Part shown: piece after piece, positions 49,941-60,638 of the stretch
Numbering within the stretch: position 1 is the stretch's first letter
How the letters are laid out: each line of letters starts with the position of its first letter
NCBI GenBank assembly: GCA_003663325.1
Contig: QMZT01000002.1
Span: forward strand, 731-64,730
Reading direction: 5' to 3'
Length of the DNA: 64,000 nucleotides
Source: Candidatus Aenigmatarchaeota archaeon
GTDB lineage: Archaea; Aenigmatarchaeota; Aenigmatarchaeia; QMZP01; QMZT01
Program-made: the position numbers and the translations under genes
The notes under the pieces: model-generated
What the model was told of the DNA's origin: nothing
Seen by the model: the letters and a program-made list of their open reading frames with translations, nothing else
Databases searched by the model: none

Positions 49941-51095
49941 TTAACTATCTCTTTTTAATGCATCAACTTTATCCGTTCTTTCCCATGTAAATTCTGGTTC
50001 GTTCCTTCCAAAATGACCGTAGCATGCTGTCTTTAAGAATATAGGTCTTCTTAGATTAAGCTCATTTATCATATTCTCTGGACTAAAATTGAAATTCTTC
50101 TTTACAGCATCGTAGATATTTTTTGCTGGTACTGTGTTTGTGCCATAGGTGTCAATGAATATTGATATTGGCTCGCTTCCGCCTATCACATACGAAAGCT
50201 GAACCTCACACCTACTTGCCAATCCAGCAGCGACTATATTCTTTGCTACATACCTTGCATAATATGCTGCCGTCCTGTCAACCTTTGTTGGATCTTTACC
50301 GCTAAACGCACCACCGCCATGATTACCAACACCACCATAGGTGTCTGCTATTATCTTTCTTCCCGTGCAGCCTGCATCAGCCACAGGCCCGCCAATAACA
50401 AATCTTCCAGTATTGTTTATGAAATATTTTGTTTTACTATCCAAATAATCCTCACAAACCGGCCTTATAACATGCTCCTTTATATCTTCCCTCAATTTTT
50501 CCATTTCTACATCTGGGTCATGTTGAGCAGCTATAACTACTGCCTCTATTCTTTTTGGCACATTTTTCTCGTACTCTATTGTAACCTGTGTCTTCCCATC
50601 TGGACGGAGATATTTGAGTGTGCCATTTTTTCTAACCTCTGCCAAGCGTTTTGCAAGTCTTTGGGCAAGCAGTATGGGCAAAGGCATCAGCTCCTCGGTT
50701 TCGCTTGTCGCATATCCTGTCATCATTCCTTGATCCCCAGCCCCTAACGCTTTTCTTTCAGTTTTGTTCACACCCATTGCTATATCTGGGCTTTGTTCAT
50801 GTATTGAGGTTAGTACACCAACGGTATGGTAATCAAATCCGTATTCTGGCTTATCATAACCAACATCTCTCAGCACATTTCTTGCAATTTGTTGAACATC
50901 AACCCATGCCTTGGTTGTTATCTCCCCTGTTACTATAATGAATCCCATTCCCGTCATTGTTTCACATGCAACCCTGGCCATAGGGTCCTGCTTTAAAATC
51001 TCATCCAAGACGGCATCGCTTATCTGATCGCATATCTTATCTGGGTGTCCCTCAGTCATTGCCTCTGATGTAAACAGGAATTTGCCACTCCTCAT
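49941..51095 (-). CDS. metK: S-adenosylmethionine synthetase, bacterial/eukaryotic type
   Basis: [36 protein letters not shown]. Confidence 0.97.
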   Translation of the reverse strand: MRSGKFLFTSEAMTEGHPDKICDQISDAVLDEILKQDPMARVACETMTGMGFIIVTGEITTKAWVDVQQIARNVLRDVGYDKPEYGFDYHTVGVLTSIHEQSPDIAMGVNKTERKALGAGDQGMMTGYATSETEELMPLPILLAQRLAKRLAEVRKNGTLKYLRPDGKTQVTIEYEKNVPKRIEAVVIAAQHDPDVEMEKLREDIKEHVIRPVCEDYLDSKTKYFINNTGRFVIGGPVADAGCTGRKIIADTYGGVGNHGGGAFSGKDPTKVDRTAAYYARYVAKNIVAAGLASRCEVQLSYVIGGSEPISIFIDTYGTNTVPAKNIYDAVKKNFNFSPENMINELNLRRPIFLKTACYGHFGRNEPEFTWERTDKVDALKRDS

Positions 51096-51191
51096 TACCT
51101 CACCTCCGAATATAGAAACTTGCCTTTACCCAAATAAAAAAGTTTGTATATACTACTATAGATTTTTATAACTAGTAGTTATATTTTAACT

Positions 51192-51725
51192 ATGAAGATA
51201 ACTGGGAAGTATATAAGGATGCTAAGAAAGAAGTACGGGCTGTCTCAGGAGGATTTAGCTAGAGCTGCAGGCATAACACAGGCACATATCGCAAAGATAG
51301 AGAATGATAAGGTTGATGCAAGGTTATCAACAATAAATAAAATAATGGGTGTGTTGGAAAAGGCTGGCATGAGGACAAGGTGCAAGGATATTATGACAAA
51401 AAATATCGTTGCTGCACACAAAAATGATAAAGTATCGGATGTTATTAAACTTATGAGAAAATATGGCATATCCCAATTACCTGTCATTGAGGATGGTAAG
51501 CAAATAGGTAGTGTTAGCGAGTCCTGCTTACTTAGTCATACGCATCTTGATTTTGACTATGTAAAGGTTGAAGAGATCATGGAAGATCCCATGCCAATGC
51601 TTTCAGAGAATGCAAGCATAGAAGACGTTAAGAAGCTTTTAGAAATAAGCCCAAGTGTTATAATAATAAGCAAGGGCAAGATAGCTGGTATAGTAACAAA
51701 GTCTGATTTGTTAAAGGTTAAGTGA
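51192..51725 (+). CDS. XRE-HTH + CBS-pair transcriptional regulator
   Basis: GLSQEDLA...ITQAHIAKIE followed by two CBS repeats. Confidence 0.92.
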   Translation: MKITGKYIRMLRKKYGLSQEDLARAAGITQAHIAKIENDKVDARLSTINKIMGVLEKAGMRTRCKDIMTKNIVAAHKNDKVSDVIKLMRKYGISQLPVIEDGKQIGSVSESCLLSHTHLDFDYVKVEEIMEDPMPMLSENASIEDVKKLLEISPSVIIISKGKIAGIVTKSDLLKVK

Positions 51726-51732
51726 TCCCATT

Positions 51733-52620
51733 CTATACCAAGCTTTCAACATGCTTAGCCACTCCTTCAGGATCATTATAGAAGTTGCTGAAAGTGTAGC
51801 AAAACATCACCTTAAAACACCTTTCATGGTTTGTTTCCTGCTCGCTTTTTATTAACAGCTTATGACACATTTCATTAAGTATAGTCCCAATTCTATGACA
51901 CATCCCAGCGGTATCTATACAGCTTGGTATATTTTTTTCATTAATAGCTGATTCACATTTTTTATCAAATTCCCTTAAATTGATTCTGCTTTCTAAAATT
52001 AGTGCAAGCCTCTTTTCTATTTTTAGAAAATCAACGGCACATTCCTCATACTTGCTCTCATTTTTAGAAAATTCTTTGCATTTTGAACTGAACAGCCTGC
52101 CGATCACTTCTGAAGCCATACCTTTATACCGTATAACGTAGTACAATCCAATTATATCATACAACTTCTCTACGAGAAGAAAACCTTCTTTAGGGTATCT
52201 CTCATTTATAAAAGCGCTAAAACTGTCTGTAATATCTTTAAGTGCTAGAGAAGTTGGTAGCTTGGCTGCTAATGGTATATAGGGGCTTGGAATATCTTCT
52301 ATGTCTTTTATAAGTTCTGTGTCACATGTCTCAAGGGGTACTACTACCAACATCTCTACTTTAGATTTGTTTCCAGCCAAATCTTGTGTAAGTAGCCTCG
52401 TGCTATTAATTGCACAAATGGATTTCAACTTTTCGAGCTTTTTAAAAACATCCTGCTCACTCCCTTCTAAACGAAGTTGACCAAAAGAAAAAGCACGCCT
52501 ATACCTATGAACAAATTTTGTTGTCATTGAGCCCAGAGCGTTAACAATGGATACGTAAAATAAAGATGCACAGACAAGACTTATGATAGCCAAAGCTGCG
52601 ATGATAGTTGAATCCTTCAT
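51733..52620 (-). CDS. Hypothetical Cys-rich protein with an N-terminal TM/signal segment
   Basis: Hydrophobic N-terminus, many cysteines, no recognised motif. Confidence 0.6.
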   Translation of the reverse strand: MKDSTIIAALAIISLVCASLFYVSIVNALGSMTTKFVHRYRRAFSFGQLRLEGSEQDVFKKLEKLKSICAINSTRLLTQDLAGNKSKVEMLVVVPLETCDTELIKDIEDIPSPYIPLAAKLPTSLALKDITDSFSAFINERYPKEGFLLVEKLYDIIGLYYVIRYKGMASEVIGRLFSSKCKEFSKNESKYEECAVDFLKIEKRLALILESRINLREFDKKCESAINEKNIPSCIDTAGMCHRIGTILNEMCHKLLIKSEQETNHERCFKVMFCYTFSNFYNDPEGVAKHVESLV

Positions 52621-52682
52621 TTTATATTCTTTTGTTTTGAGATATATAAGAATTTATAAGCCTGCAAAACCAATATATCTAA

Positions 52683-53285
52683 ATGAGGCTGCTAAAAGCT
52701 TTTCTGGTTGTGGTGATCTCCAACATAATATTTTCGGTTTCAAGATTTTATAGTACCATTTCCTTTACCTATTTAACAGTAAACATTATATCTTCGTTTT
52801 CATATCCTGCCTCTACTATTCTATATACCTTAATAATGGTCTTGATTACAGCGGTGTTTTTGGGTATTATAACATGGGTTGTGAGAGCTTTATTATCAGC
52901 TAAGTTAGCTGAGCTTATTTTCCATTCAAAGGCAGAACTTAGAGATGTTGTTAGCGATTTTGGTCTTGCACATTTTCCTCTTATTTTTTCAGCTATTCCT
53001 CTCTTAATGCCGTTCTTCCTGTTTTTAAATAATCTCTCTATATTTTTATCCTTATTTTTAGGTATATTTCTTATCTTGCTCATGTACTTCTTCTTCATTG
53101 AGATAATTGCAAGCTATTATGATATCGGGTTAAAGAATGGCCTTGCAGTAACAGCCTTAGTTGAGCTGATTCTTTTTTTGATTTCCATTCCTATTGGTTT
53201 CATAACGGGCCACCAATTATTACAAATTTCAAGCATAAACATAGCAAGTATGCAAAGTTTTATGAACACGTATAAAACAATTTAA
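52683..53285 (+). CDS. Hypothetical membrane protein (Yip1-like)
   Basis: About five TM helices and a G.A..P motif. Confidence 0.55.
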   Translation: MRLLKAFLVVVISNIIFSVSRFYSTISFTYLTVNIISSFSYPASTILYTLIMVLITAVFLGIITWVVRALLSAKLAELIFHSKAELRDVVSDFGLAHFPLIFSAIPLLMPFFLFLNNLSIFLSLFLGIFLILLMYFFFIEIIASYYDIGLKNGLAVTALVELILFLISIPIGFITGHQLLQISSINIASMQSFMNTYKTI

Positions 53286-53308
53286 ACCTTAGGAAGATAA
53301 AACTCTTT

Positions 53309-54253
53309 ATGAAGTTCGAGATCTGGACAGAGAAGTACAGGCCAAAAAGGTTGGATGAGGTTATAAACCAAAGGCATGTGGTTAGTAGACTAAAGGTATG
53401 GGTAAAGGCAGGTAGTATTCCAAATTTGCTTTTTGCTGGACCGGCTGGTGTTGGTAAAACAACAGTGGCTTTATGTTTGGCAAAAGAGTTGTTTGGTGAG
53501 CATTGGCAGGAAAACTTTCAAGAGACAAACGCAAGTGATGAGAGGGGGATAAATGTTATAAGGGGCAGGATAAAGGACTTTGCAAGAACAAAGCCTATAG
53601 GCGCTGATTTCAAGATAGTGTTTCTCGATGAAAGCGATGCATTAACACCCGAGGCGCAGCAAGCATTAAGAAGAACTATGGAAAGGTTTTCAAATATATG
53701 CAGGTTCATACTAAGTTGCAATTATTCAAGTCATATAATAGAGCCCATTCAGTCCAGATGCGCTATATTTAGATTTAAAAGGCTTAGCAAGGAAGATGTG
53801 AAGGCCTATATAAAAAGGATTGTAGAGAATGAAGGTATAGAAATAGATGAAAGCGGGTATAGTGCATTATTTGAAATAAGCGAGGGGGATTTGAGAAGCG
53901 CAACAAACCTGCTGCAAGCTGCATCTACACTTGGAAAAATTACAAGGGATAGTATTTACGAAGCTGCTTCTCTTGCTAAACCAGAAGATATTAAGGAAAT
54001 GATAAAGTATGCATTAAATGGAGAGTTTGATAAAGCCAAAGAGAAGCTTTATGATTTGTTAATAAACCAGGGTTTGGCAGGAGAGGATATAATAAAGAAT
54101 ATGCATCGCTTGATATATGAATTGCAGATACCTAATGAAAAGAAGATAGAGCTCTTATCAAAAGTAGCTGAGTATGAATTTAGACTAAACCAAGGCGGGA
54201 GTGCTGAGATACAACTTGAGGCATTACTTGCCCAGTTTATGAGCCTTAGCTAA
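53309..54253 (+). CDS. rfcS: Replication factor C small subunit
   Basis: WTEKYRP, GPAGVGKT, NASDERG, LDESD, SRC. Confidence 0.96.
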   Translation: MKFEIWTEKYRPKRLDEVINQRHVVSRLKVWVKAGSIPNLLFAGPAGVGKTTVALCLAKELFGEHWQENFQETNASDERGINVIRGRIKDFARTKPIGADFKIVFLDESDALTPEAQQALRRTMERFSNICRFILSCNYSSHIIEPIQSRCAIFRFKRLSKEDVKAYIKRIVENEGIEIDESGYSALFEISEGDLRSATNLLQAASTLGKITRDSIYEAASLAKPEDIKEMIKYALNGEFDKAKEKLYDLLINQGLAGEDIIKNMHRLIYELQIPNEKKIELLSKVAEYEFRLNQGGSAEIQLEALLAQFMSLS

Positions 54254-57200
54254 ATTCTTATCTTTTTTATTACATCAAAATTATTTATTATATTTATTGT
54301 TGCCTTTCCAATAACCTCTTTTATTGCCTTTATCTCCCTCTCGCTAAATATCTTTCCCTCTATCTTTACTATATCTTTCATCCCGTACTTTTTACTTGGC
54401 ACATTTACCGCAACAAGTATTGTCGAGTTTGGCAATCTTTCTCTTATTCTTAACTTTTCTAGCAGTTCAAATGCCTTTCCTGGCGCTATGTGATCTATAA
54501 CACTCCCATATGCTATCTTCCCTACCTTGAGCTCCTTGCTCATATTTTCCCTCCAATACTCCTTCATATCCCTTACGTTAAACAATGGCCTTGCCTTTAT
54601 AGCATCTAAAAATTTATGTAAAAATTGTTTGTTTGAGATTAAGAATACATTTCTTTTTGCAAATTTTTTTCTTAGCTCGCCAGATTTTGTTAGATCTATA
54701 ATAAGCTCAGGCTTAGTATTACCATTCACATTAAATCCAGCCTCAGTAAGTGCTTTAATAACATCCTTTTTAACACCCCTTACCATAACATTTCCTCTAA
54801 TGCCAAAAACACACTCCGTTGCCATAATGGCTTTTAGTAATGCTTCCTCTAAACTTTTTCCTAAGCATGCAACCTCTCCTGTTGATTTCATCTCCACACC
54901 ACATACGGGGTCTATGTTATCAAACCTGCTCCAAGAGAACATGGGCATTTTAACACCTACTATCCTTACCTCTGGCATTTCAACCTCTTTGCTTATAGGC
55001 TCGTTAAGCATGCATCTTGTAGCCAGTCTTATCAAATTTACACCTGTAACCTTGCTAACAAATGGTAGTGAACGGGATGCCCTTAGATTGCATTCTATAA
55101 CGTAAATATCACCATTCTTAACTAGATATTGTATATTGAATGGACCTTTTATTGAAAGCTCCCTTGCTATCGTTTTTGTATACCTAACTATTTTGTTCCT
55201 TACCTCCTTGCCTATGGAAAATGTGGGTATTACCATGCTTGCATCTCCCGAATGAACACCAGCATTCTCTATATGCTCTATTACAGCCCCTATAAAGACA
55301 TTCTTTCCATCACAAACCCCATCAACCTCCACCTCTCTCGCATGTTCTATGAATTTTGAAATAACAGCAGGATGCTCCTTTGATATATCTGTGTTTTCCC
55401 TTACATACCCCAGAAGCTCTTTTTCATTTCTTGCTATGAACATTGATGTCCCGGAAAGAACATAGGACGGCCTTATTATGACAGGGTATCCTATTCTTTT
55501 TGAAAATCTTAACATATCCTTTATGCTTGAAAATGATCTCCATGCAGGCTGTTTTATACCAAGCTTATCTATTATTCTCGAAAATTTGTGCCTGTTTTCT
55601 GCGCAATCAATATCACTTCCAAATGTACCAAGCAATGTCACATTTCTTTTTGCTAAAGGGTATGCAAGATTGTTTGCAACCTGACCACCAACGGAAACAA
55701 TAACACCAAGAGGTTTTTCAAACTCTACTATGTCCAGCACCCTCTCTAACGTTAGCTCTTCAAAGTATAGTTTGTCTGAGGTGTCATAGTCGGTACTTAC
55801 AGTTTCAGGATTACAGTTAACGACTATAGTTTCTATTTTTTTCTTTCTGAGTTCCCATATGCAATTCACAGTGCACCAATCAAATTCCACACTTGAACCT
55901 ATTGTTATGGGTCCTGCTCCCAAAACTATGATACTTGCCTTCCTTCCCCTTTTCACATCATTTTTGCGTGCATTGTACGTCACATAAAGATAGTTTGTTC
56001 TTGCAGGATACTCTGCAGCAAGCGTATCTATTTGCTTTATGGCGGGTATTATTTTGTATTTTTTTCTTAGCCCCCGTATTTTATCTTCTGAAACCTTCAT
56101 AAGCTTTGCTATCTGTTTGTCAGAAAAGCCGAGCCTTTTATATTTTCTTAGCTTCTCTCCAATATCTTTGCAAGATATTCTCATATTCTTTATTTCCCTA
56201 TAAGCATCAGCTATGTTCTTTATCTTGTAAAGGAAGAATTTATCTATTCCCGTTATTTCGTTTATCTTCTCCACACTAACGCCCCTTACCATAGCTTCTG
56301 CTATAGCAAATATCCTTTTGTCGCTTGCCATTTTTATTTCTTCCATACACCTCTTCAATCCCATGTGCATGTCACACAACTCTTGGCCAAGCATCCTCAC
56401 GGCTTTTTGTATAGCCTCCTCTATTGAGCCTGCTATCGCCATCACCTCTCCCACGGATTTCATTTGGCTTGTAAGAACCCTGCTAACATCTTTTCCGAAC
56501 TTTCTGAATTCCCATTTTGGCATCTTTATAACTACATAATCCAAGGCTGGCTCAAAGAATGCAGAAGTTGCAAGCGTGACCATATTTTTAAGTTCTGAAA
56601 GCCTATAACCCAATGCGAGCTTTGCAGCAATATATGCTAGGGGATAGCCTGTAGCCTTAGAAGCCAGAGCAGAGGAGCGGGACAGCCTAGCATTCACCTC
56701 AATAACATAATATTCCTTGCCCTTTGGATTTAACGCAAATTGTACATTGCACTCGCCAACTATTCCAAGGCTTTTAACTATCTTTATAGCTGCGCTTCTG
56801 AGCATGTGGTATTCTTCATTGGTTAATGTTTGAGAAGGAGCAACAACTATGCTATCGCCTGTATGTATACCCATTGGGTCAATGTTCTCCATATTACAAA
56901 CGGTTATGCAATTATCGTATTTATCTCTAACTACCTCATATTCCACTTCCTTCCAATGATAAAGGTACTTTTCAATTAGCACCTCCTTTATCATCGAATG
57001 TGCTATTCCCTGCTTGGCTATTTCTCTAAGCTGTTTCTCATCCCATGCTACACCGCTTCCTAAACCACCAAGTATGTATGCTGGCCTTACTATAACAGGA
57101 TATCCTATCTTTTCTGCCTTGATCAAACACTCCTCTATGCTATTCGCTGAAGCGCTGGGCGGCGTTGGAATGCCTATTCTTTTCATAAATCTCTTAAACT

Positions 57201-57594
57201 CTTCTCTACTTTCTGTTTTAGCTATGGCACTAACAGGTGTTCCTATAACCTTAACTCCATACTTATTAAGTATGCCATTTTCATAAAGTTTCACACCAAC
57301 ATTTAAGGCTGTTTGACCACCAAACCCTAAAAGAATTGCATCTGGTCTTTCCCTTTCTATAACCTTTTCCACAAATTCTGGTGTTATTGGCTCTAAATAT
57401 ACTTTATCTGCAAGCTCATAGGATGTTTGGATTGTTGCAACATTTGGATTTATTAGTATGCTTTTTATTCCTTCCTCCCTTAGTGCCTTTAATGCCTGCG
57501 AACCACTATAATCGAACTCTGCGGCTTGTCCTATCCTTATTCCGCCAGAACCTATAACCAAGACCTTTTTTACGCTTTCTTTCATCTTATCCAC
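54250..57594 (-). CDS. carB: Carbamoyl-phosphate synthase large subunit with a C-terminal PyrI-like allosteric domain
   Basis: IGQAAEFDYSG, two ATP-grasp domains, and a C-terminal MSKELKV..I..GSVIDHI..G...S...G.KDIVKIE...ATINII. Confidence 0.95.
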   Translation of the reverse strand: MDKMKESVKKVLVIGSGGIRIGQAAEFDYSGSQALKALREEGIKSILINPNVATIQTSYELADKVYLEPITPEFVEKVIERERPDAILLGFGGQTALNVGVKLYENGILNKYGVKVIGTPVSAIAKTESREEFKRFMKRIGIPTPPSASANSIEECLIKAEKIGYPVIVRPAYILGGLGSGVAWDEKQLREIAKQGIAHSMIKEVLIEKYLYHWKEVEYEVVRDKYDNCITVCNMENIDPMGIHTGDSIVVAPSQTLTNEEYHMLRSAAIKIVKSLGIVGECNVQFALNPKGKEYYVIEVNARLSRSSALASKATGYPLAYIAAKLALGYRLSELKNMVTLATSAFFEPALDYVVIKMPKWEFRKFGKDVSRVLTSQMKSVGEVMAIAGSIEEAIQKAVRMLGQELCDMHMGLKRCMEEIKMASDKRIFAIAEAMVRGVSVEKINEITGIDKFFLYKIKNIADAYREIKNMRISCKDIGEKLRKYKRLGFSDKQIAKLMKVSEDKIRGLRKKYKIIPAIKQIDTLAAEYPARTNYLYVTYNARKNDVKRGRKASIIVLGAGPITIGSSVEFDWCTVNCIWELRKKKIETIVVNCNPETVSTDYDTSDKLYFEELTLERVLDIVEFEKPLGVIVSVGGQVANNLAYPLAKRNVTLLGTFGSDIDCAENRHKFSRIIDKLGIKQPAWRSFSSIKDMLRFSKRIGYPVIIRPSYVLSGTSMFIARNEKELLGYVRENTDISKEHPAVISKFIEHAREVEVDGVCDGKNVFIGAVIEHIENAGVHSGDASMVIPTFSIGKEVRNKIVRYTKTIARELSIKGPFNIQYLVKNGDIYVIECNLRASRSLPFVSKVTGVNLIRLATRCMLNEPISKEVEMPEVRIVGVKMPMFSWSRFDNIDPVCGVEMKSTGEVACLGKSLEEALLKAIMATECVFGIRGNVMVRGVKKDVIKALTEAGFNVNGNTKPELIIDLTKSGELRKKFAKRNVFLISNKQFLHKFLDAIKARPLFNVRDMKEYWRENMSKELKVGKIAYGSVIDHIAPGKAFELLEKLRIRERLPNSTILVAVNVPSKKYGMKDIVKIEGKIFSEREIKAIKEVIGKATINIINNFDVIKKIRI

Positions 57595-58673
57595 CTTAGA
57601 AATTCATCAAACAAGAAGTTTGTATCGTTTGGTCCTGGTCTTGCCTCTGGATGGAATTGCACACCTATTATTGGCATCTTTTTGTGTCTTATACCCTCAA
57701 CGCTGTTATCATTCAAGCTCTTAAAAAGTATTTCTATATCCTTCATTCTTTCCTCCTTTACCGCAAACCCATGGTTTTGGGAAGTTATAAAACATCTCCC
57801 ATTGCTCATAATGACTGGATGGTTTTGTCCCCTGTGCCCAAACTTCATTTTATATGTTTGCATACCAAGTGCCAGGGCTATTATTTGGTGTCCAAGGCAT
57901 ATACCCATCAATGGTATTTTGTACTCTACCAGCTCTTTTGCGGTCTTAATCACATAATCGGCTTTTCTTGGATCTCCTGGTCCGTTAGATATCAAAACGG
58001 CTTCTGGGCTGAGATCCATTATCCTTTCTGCCGTAAAGGTTGCTGGCACTCTTAAAACCTGCATTCCTCTTTCTAAGAGGGAATTTATTATACCCATCTT
58101 CACACCACAATCTATAACAGCTATTCTCTTTTTTCCATCTCCATAAATAACAGGCTCTTTAATCGTTACCTTTCTTACCAAATCCTCCTTGTTTGGATCC
58201 CAAATGCATCTTGCCTTCTTTTTCAACTCCTTTATATCATAATCACCTATGCAAAGTATTCCAAGCATCGTACCTCTTACTCTTAGCTTTTTTGTAAGCT
58301 CCCTCGTGTCTATTCCCTCAAGATATGGTATATTTTCCTTTACTAACCATTTCAGGAGTGGTTTATTTGATTTATAATGTGATGGCAGCGCGCATAGTTC
58401 TCTAACCAAATAGCCTTCAACCTTTATTCCATCGGACTCAAAAAAATCCTTACAAAAGCTATAATTTCCTATTAATGGGTAGGTTTGGCAAAGTATTTGG
58501 CCTTTATATGAAGGATCAGTAAGAGATTCTACATAGCCTACCATCCCCGTATTAAATACAACCTCTCCCTCAACTTTGCCTTCAATGCCATAGCTATAGC
58601 CATGCCAAATACTCCCATCTTCCAAAACTAGAACCCCTTTTTTCTTTTCCTTTTCTTTGCTCAGGCTTGCTAT
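57582..58673 (-). CDS. carA: Carbamoyl-phosphate synthase small subunit (start codon uncertain)
   Basis: GEVVFNT, SNGPGDP, GICLGHQ, QFHPE. Conserved KKGVLVLEDG lies upstream of the annotated TTG. Confidence 0.93.
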   Translation of the reverse strand: MASLSKEKEKKKGVLVLEDGSIWHGYSYGIEGKVEGEVVFNTGMVGYVESLTDPSYKGQILCQTYPLIGNYSFCKDFFESDGIKVEGYLVRELCALPSHYKSNKPLLKWLVKENIPYLEGIDTRELTKKLRVRGTMLGILCIGDYDIKELKKKARCIWDPNKEDLVRKVTIKEPVIYGDGKKRIAVIDCGVKMGIINSLLERGMQVLRVPATFTAERIMDLSPEAVLISNGPGDPRKADYVIKTAKELVEYKIPLMGICLGHQIIALALGMQTYKMKFGHRGQNHPVIMSNGRCFITSQNHGFAVKEERMKDIEILFKSLNDNSVEGIRHKKMPIIGVQFHPEARPGPNDTNFLFDEFLRWIR

Positions 58674-58734
58674 AAAAACCCTTCTAATTTTTATATTTTA
58701 TCTATAAAAAATTTTTTCTCTTAATCTTAAACAT

Positions 58735-59994
58735 GGTATATCCTTTAGCTTTGATGATTTTGCAACAGAGCTTGGCGAGCTAGAGGTAAAGAAAAAGAGG
58801 AAATATGACAGGATATGGAAAACGGGTTATGGGGGAAGCATATGCTGTAAGCCAATAATAGCAAACAATAAGATTTTCTTTGGCGCTTTGGATAACAATG
58901 TGTATGCTGTAGATATTATTAAAAAGGAGGAGATATGGAGATTTAGAACAAACGGTAGGATAGTTGATTCTTCACCAAAAATTAGCAATGGTATAGTATA
59001 CATAGGCTCGTTTGATGGCTATCTTTATGCAATAGATACAGCCAGTGGCAATTGCTTGTGGCGGTTTAAGAGTGGTGGTGAAATCAACACAACACCATTT
59101 ATTTTGGATAATATCATTTATTTTGGCTCTAGGGATAGCTATGTCTATGCTATAAATACTGATGGCAAGCTTTTATGGCGCTTTAAGACAGGTGATGCCG
59201 TTGTTTCATCACCTGTTGTTTACAAAGGTAATTTGCTTATAGGCTCATTCGATGGTTATCTTTATTGCTTGGATGCGTATACAGGCAGGGAGGTATGGAA
59301 GTTTAAGACAGGTGGAGAAATAGAGACAGACTATACGCTTCTTATTAATAATGGTGTGCTCTACTTTGCATCTTTTGACAATTATTTGTATGCCTTAGAT
59401 GCTGATAGAGGTAAAGAATTGTGGCGCTTTAGAACAGGGAAATATGGAAATTGCGGTATACCAAGTATTCATAACGGCATAATTTATTATGGGTCGAGAG
59501 ATGGGATATTTTATGCAATAGATGCAGCCACTGGTAAAGAATTATGGAGGTTTCAGACAGAAAAAGAAATAATTGATAAGGGTCCATTAATTGCCAATAA
59601 GAAAATCTATTTTGGTGCTGGCGATGGTAATGTTTACTGCTTGGATATGGATGGGCAAGAGGTGTGGAGGTTTAATGCAAACGGCAGCGTGTATACTTCT
59701 GTTATTGAGCATGAAAATTATTTATATTTTGGGTCGTGGGGATGTTACCTTTATTGTATAGCAATGGATGGTAAAGAGGTATGGAGATTTGCAACAAGTA
59801 CTTTACAGCCAGCATACTTGCCACCGGCATTTGAGCTTTGGGAAACAAGGGTTAAGACAGAATCACAATCATGGGAGGAGAAAGAAGAAGATAAGTATAG
59901 CAGGAGTGGTGTTGTGATTGAATTTGGAGAATATAAGGCAAAGAGTGAGTATACAACAAAATCTGAATATACAAGCAGGAGTGAGTACAAATAA
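58735..59994 (+). CDS. PQQ/BamB-like beta-propeller repeat protein
   Basis: About eight YFGS.D..LYA.D..G...W.F repeats. The coding frame continues upstream of 58888 to about 58735. Confidence 0.85.
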   Translation, partial: GISFSFDDFATELGELEVKKKRKYDRIWKTGYGGSICCKPIIANNKIFFGALDNNVYAVDIIKKEEIWRFRTNGRIVDSSPKISNGIVYIGSFDGYLYAIDTASGNCLWRFKSGGEINTTPFILDNIIYFGSRDSYVYAINTDGKLLWRFKTGDAVVSSPVVYKGNLLIGSFDGYLYCLDAYTGREVWKFKTGGEIETDYTLLINNGVLYFASFDNYLYALDADRGKELWRFRTGKYGNCGIPSIHNGIIYYGSRDGIFYAIDAATGKELWRFQTEKEIIDKGPLIANKKIYFGAGDGNVYCLDMDGQEVWRFNANGSVYTSVIEHENYLYFGSWGCYLYCIAMDGKEVWRFATSTLQPAYLPPAFELWETRVKTESQSWEEKEEDKYSRSGVVIEFGEYKAKSEYTTKSEYTSRSEYK

Positions 59995-60004
59995 GCTGCA
60001 CCCC

Positions 60005-60589
60005 TTACCTCTTACAAAACTCCTTTAATTTACTCTTCTCATAGGTTTTATAAAATTGTGCGAATTTTCTTACGGCAATTGCTCTGTGCGAGATTGCAAT
60101 CTTTTCTTTAAGAGAGAGTGCGGAAAGAGGTTTTTTATAGCCCGCTGGTATGAATATCGCTTCATACGGGAAGTGCTTCCTTGATATCTTTGCAGCTTTG
60201 TCGGCTATAACCCCTTTAAGCTCCCCTTCAAAAGATCTCACTATATTCCCATCTGTAAATACTAACACTGTTTTAAAATATGCATCCCTGCCCTTTCCTT
60301 TTAGCTTGTCTAATAGCCCAGCAAGCCCGATCTCTTCATAAACCCTTCTTGCATGCACTCCAGGAAAATTCCTGCATGCAACAAAAAATATACCTGTATC
60401 ATCAACTATCAATGGCTTTTTTATTATTTTCCATGCCTCTGTTGCTTTATTCTTCGCAATTTCCTCTAAACATCTTCCCCTCTCTACCAATTCTAAATTC
60501 CTATGTACACATTTTATTCTATATTCCCTTAAAACAAGTCTTATTTCCTCGAACTTGTTTCTATTTCCACTAACAACTATAACTTCCAT
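60005..60589 (-). CDS. rdgB: Non-canonical purine NTP pyrophosphatase (Ham1/RdgB)
   Basis: SGN.NK, DDTG, FPG, YEAIF.P, SHR. Confidence 0.92.
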   Translation of the reverse strand: MEVIVVSGNRNKFEEIRLVLREYRIKCVHRNLELVERGRCLEEIAKNKATEAWKIIKKPLIVDDTGIFFVACRNFPGVHARRVYEEIGLAGLLDKLKGKGRDAYFKTVLVFTDGNIVRSFEGELKGVIADKAAKISRKHFPYEAIFIPAGYKKPLSALSLKEKIAISHRAIAVRKFAQFYKTYEKSKLKEFCKR

Positions 60590-60611
60590 TCTTCACCTTA
60601 AAAATAAGGAG

Positions 60612-60638
60612 AAGGCAAGCCATCAATTTGATAGGATC
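60612..60638 (-). other. 3' strand of the 23S processing stem (BHB)
   Basis: GAUCC-UAUC-AAA-UUGAUGGCUUGCCUU pairs with 63738-63764 to form a canonical BHB. Confidence 0.9.
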
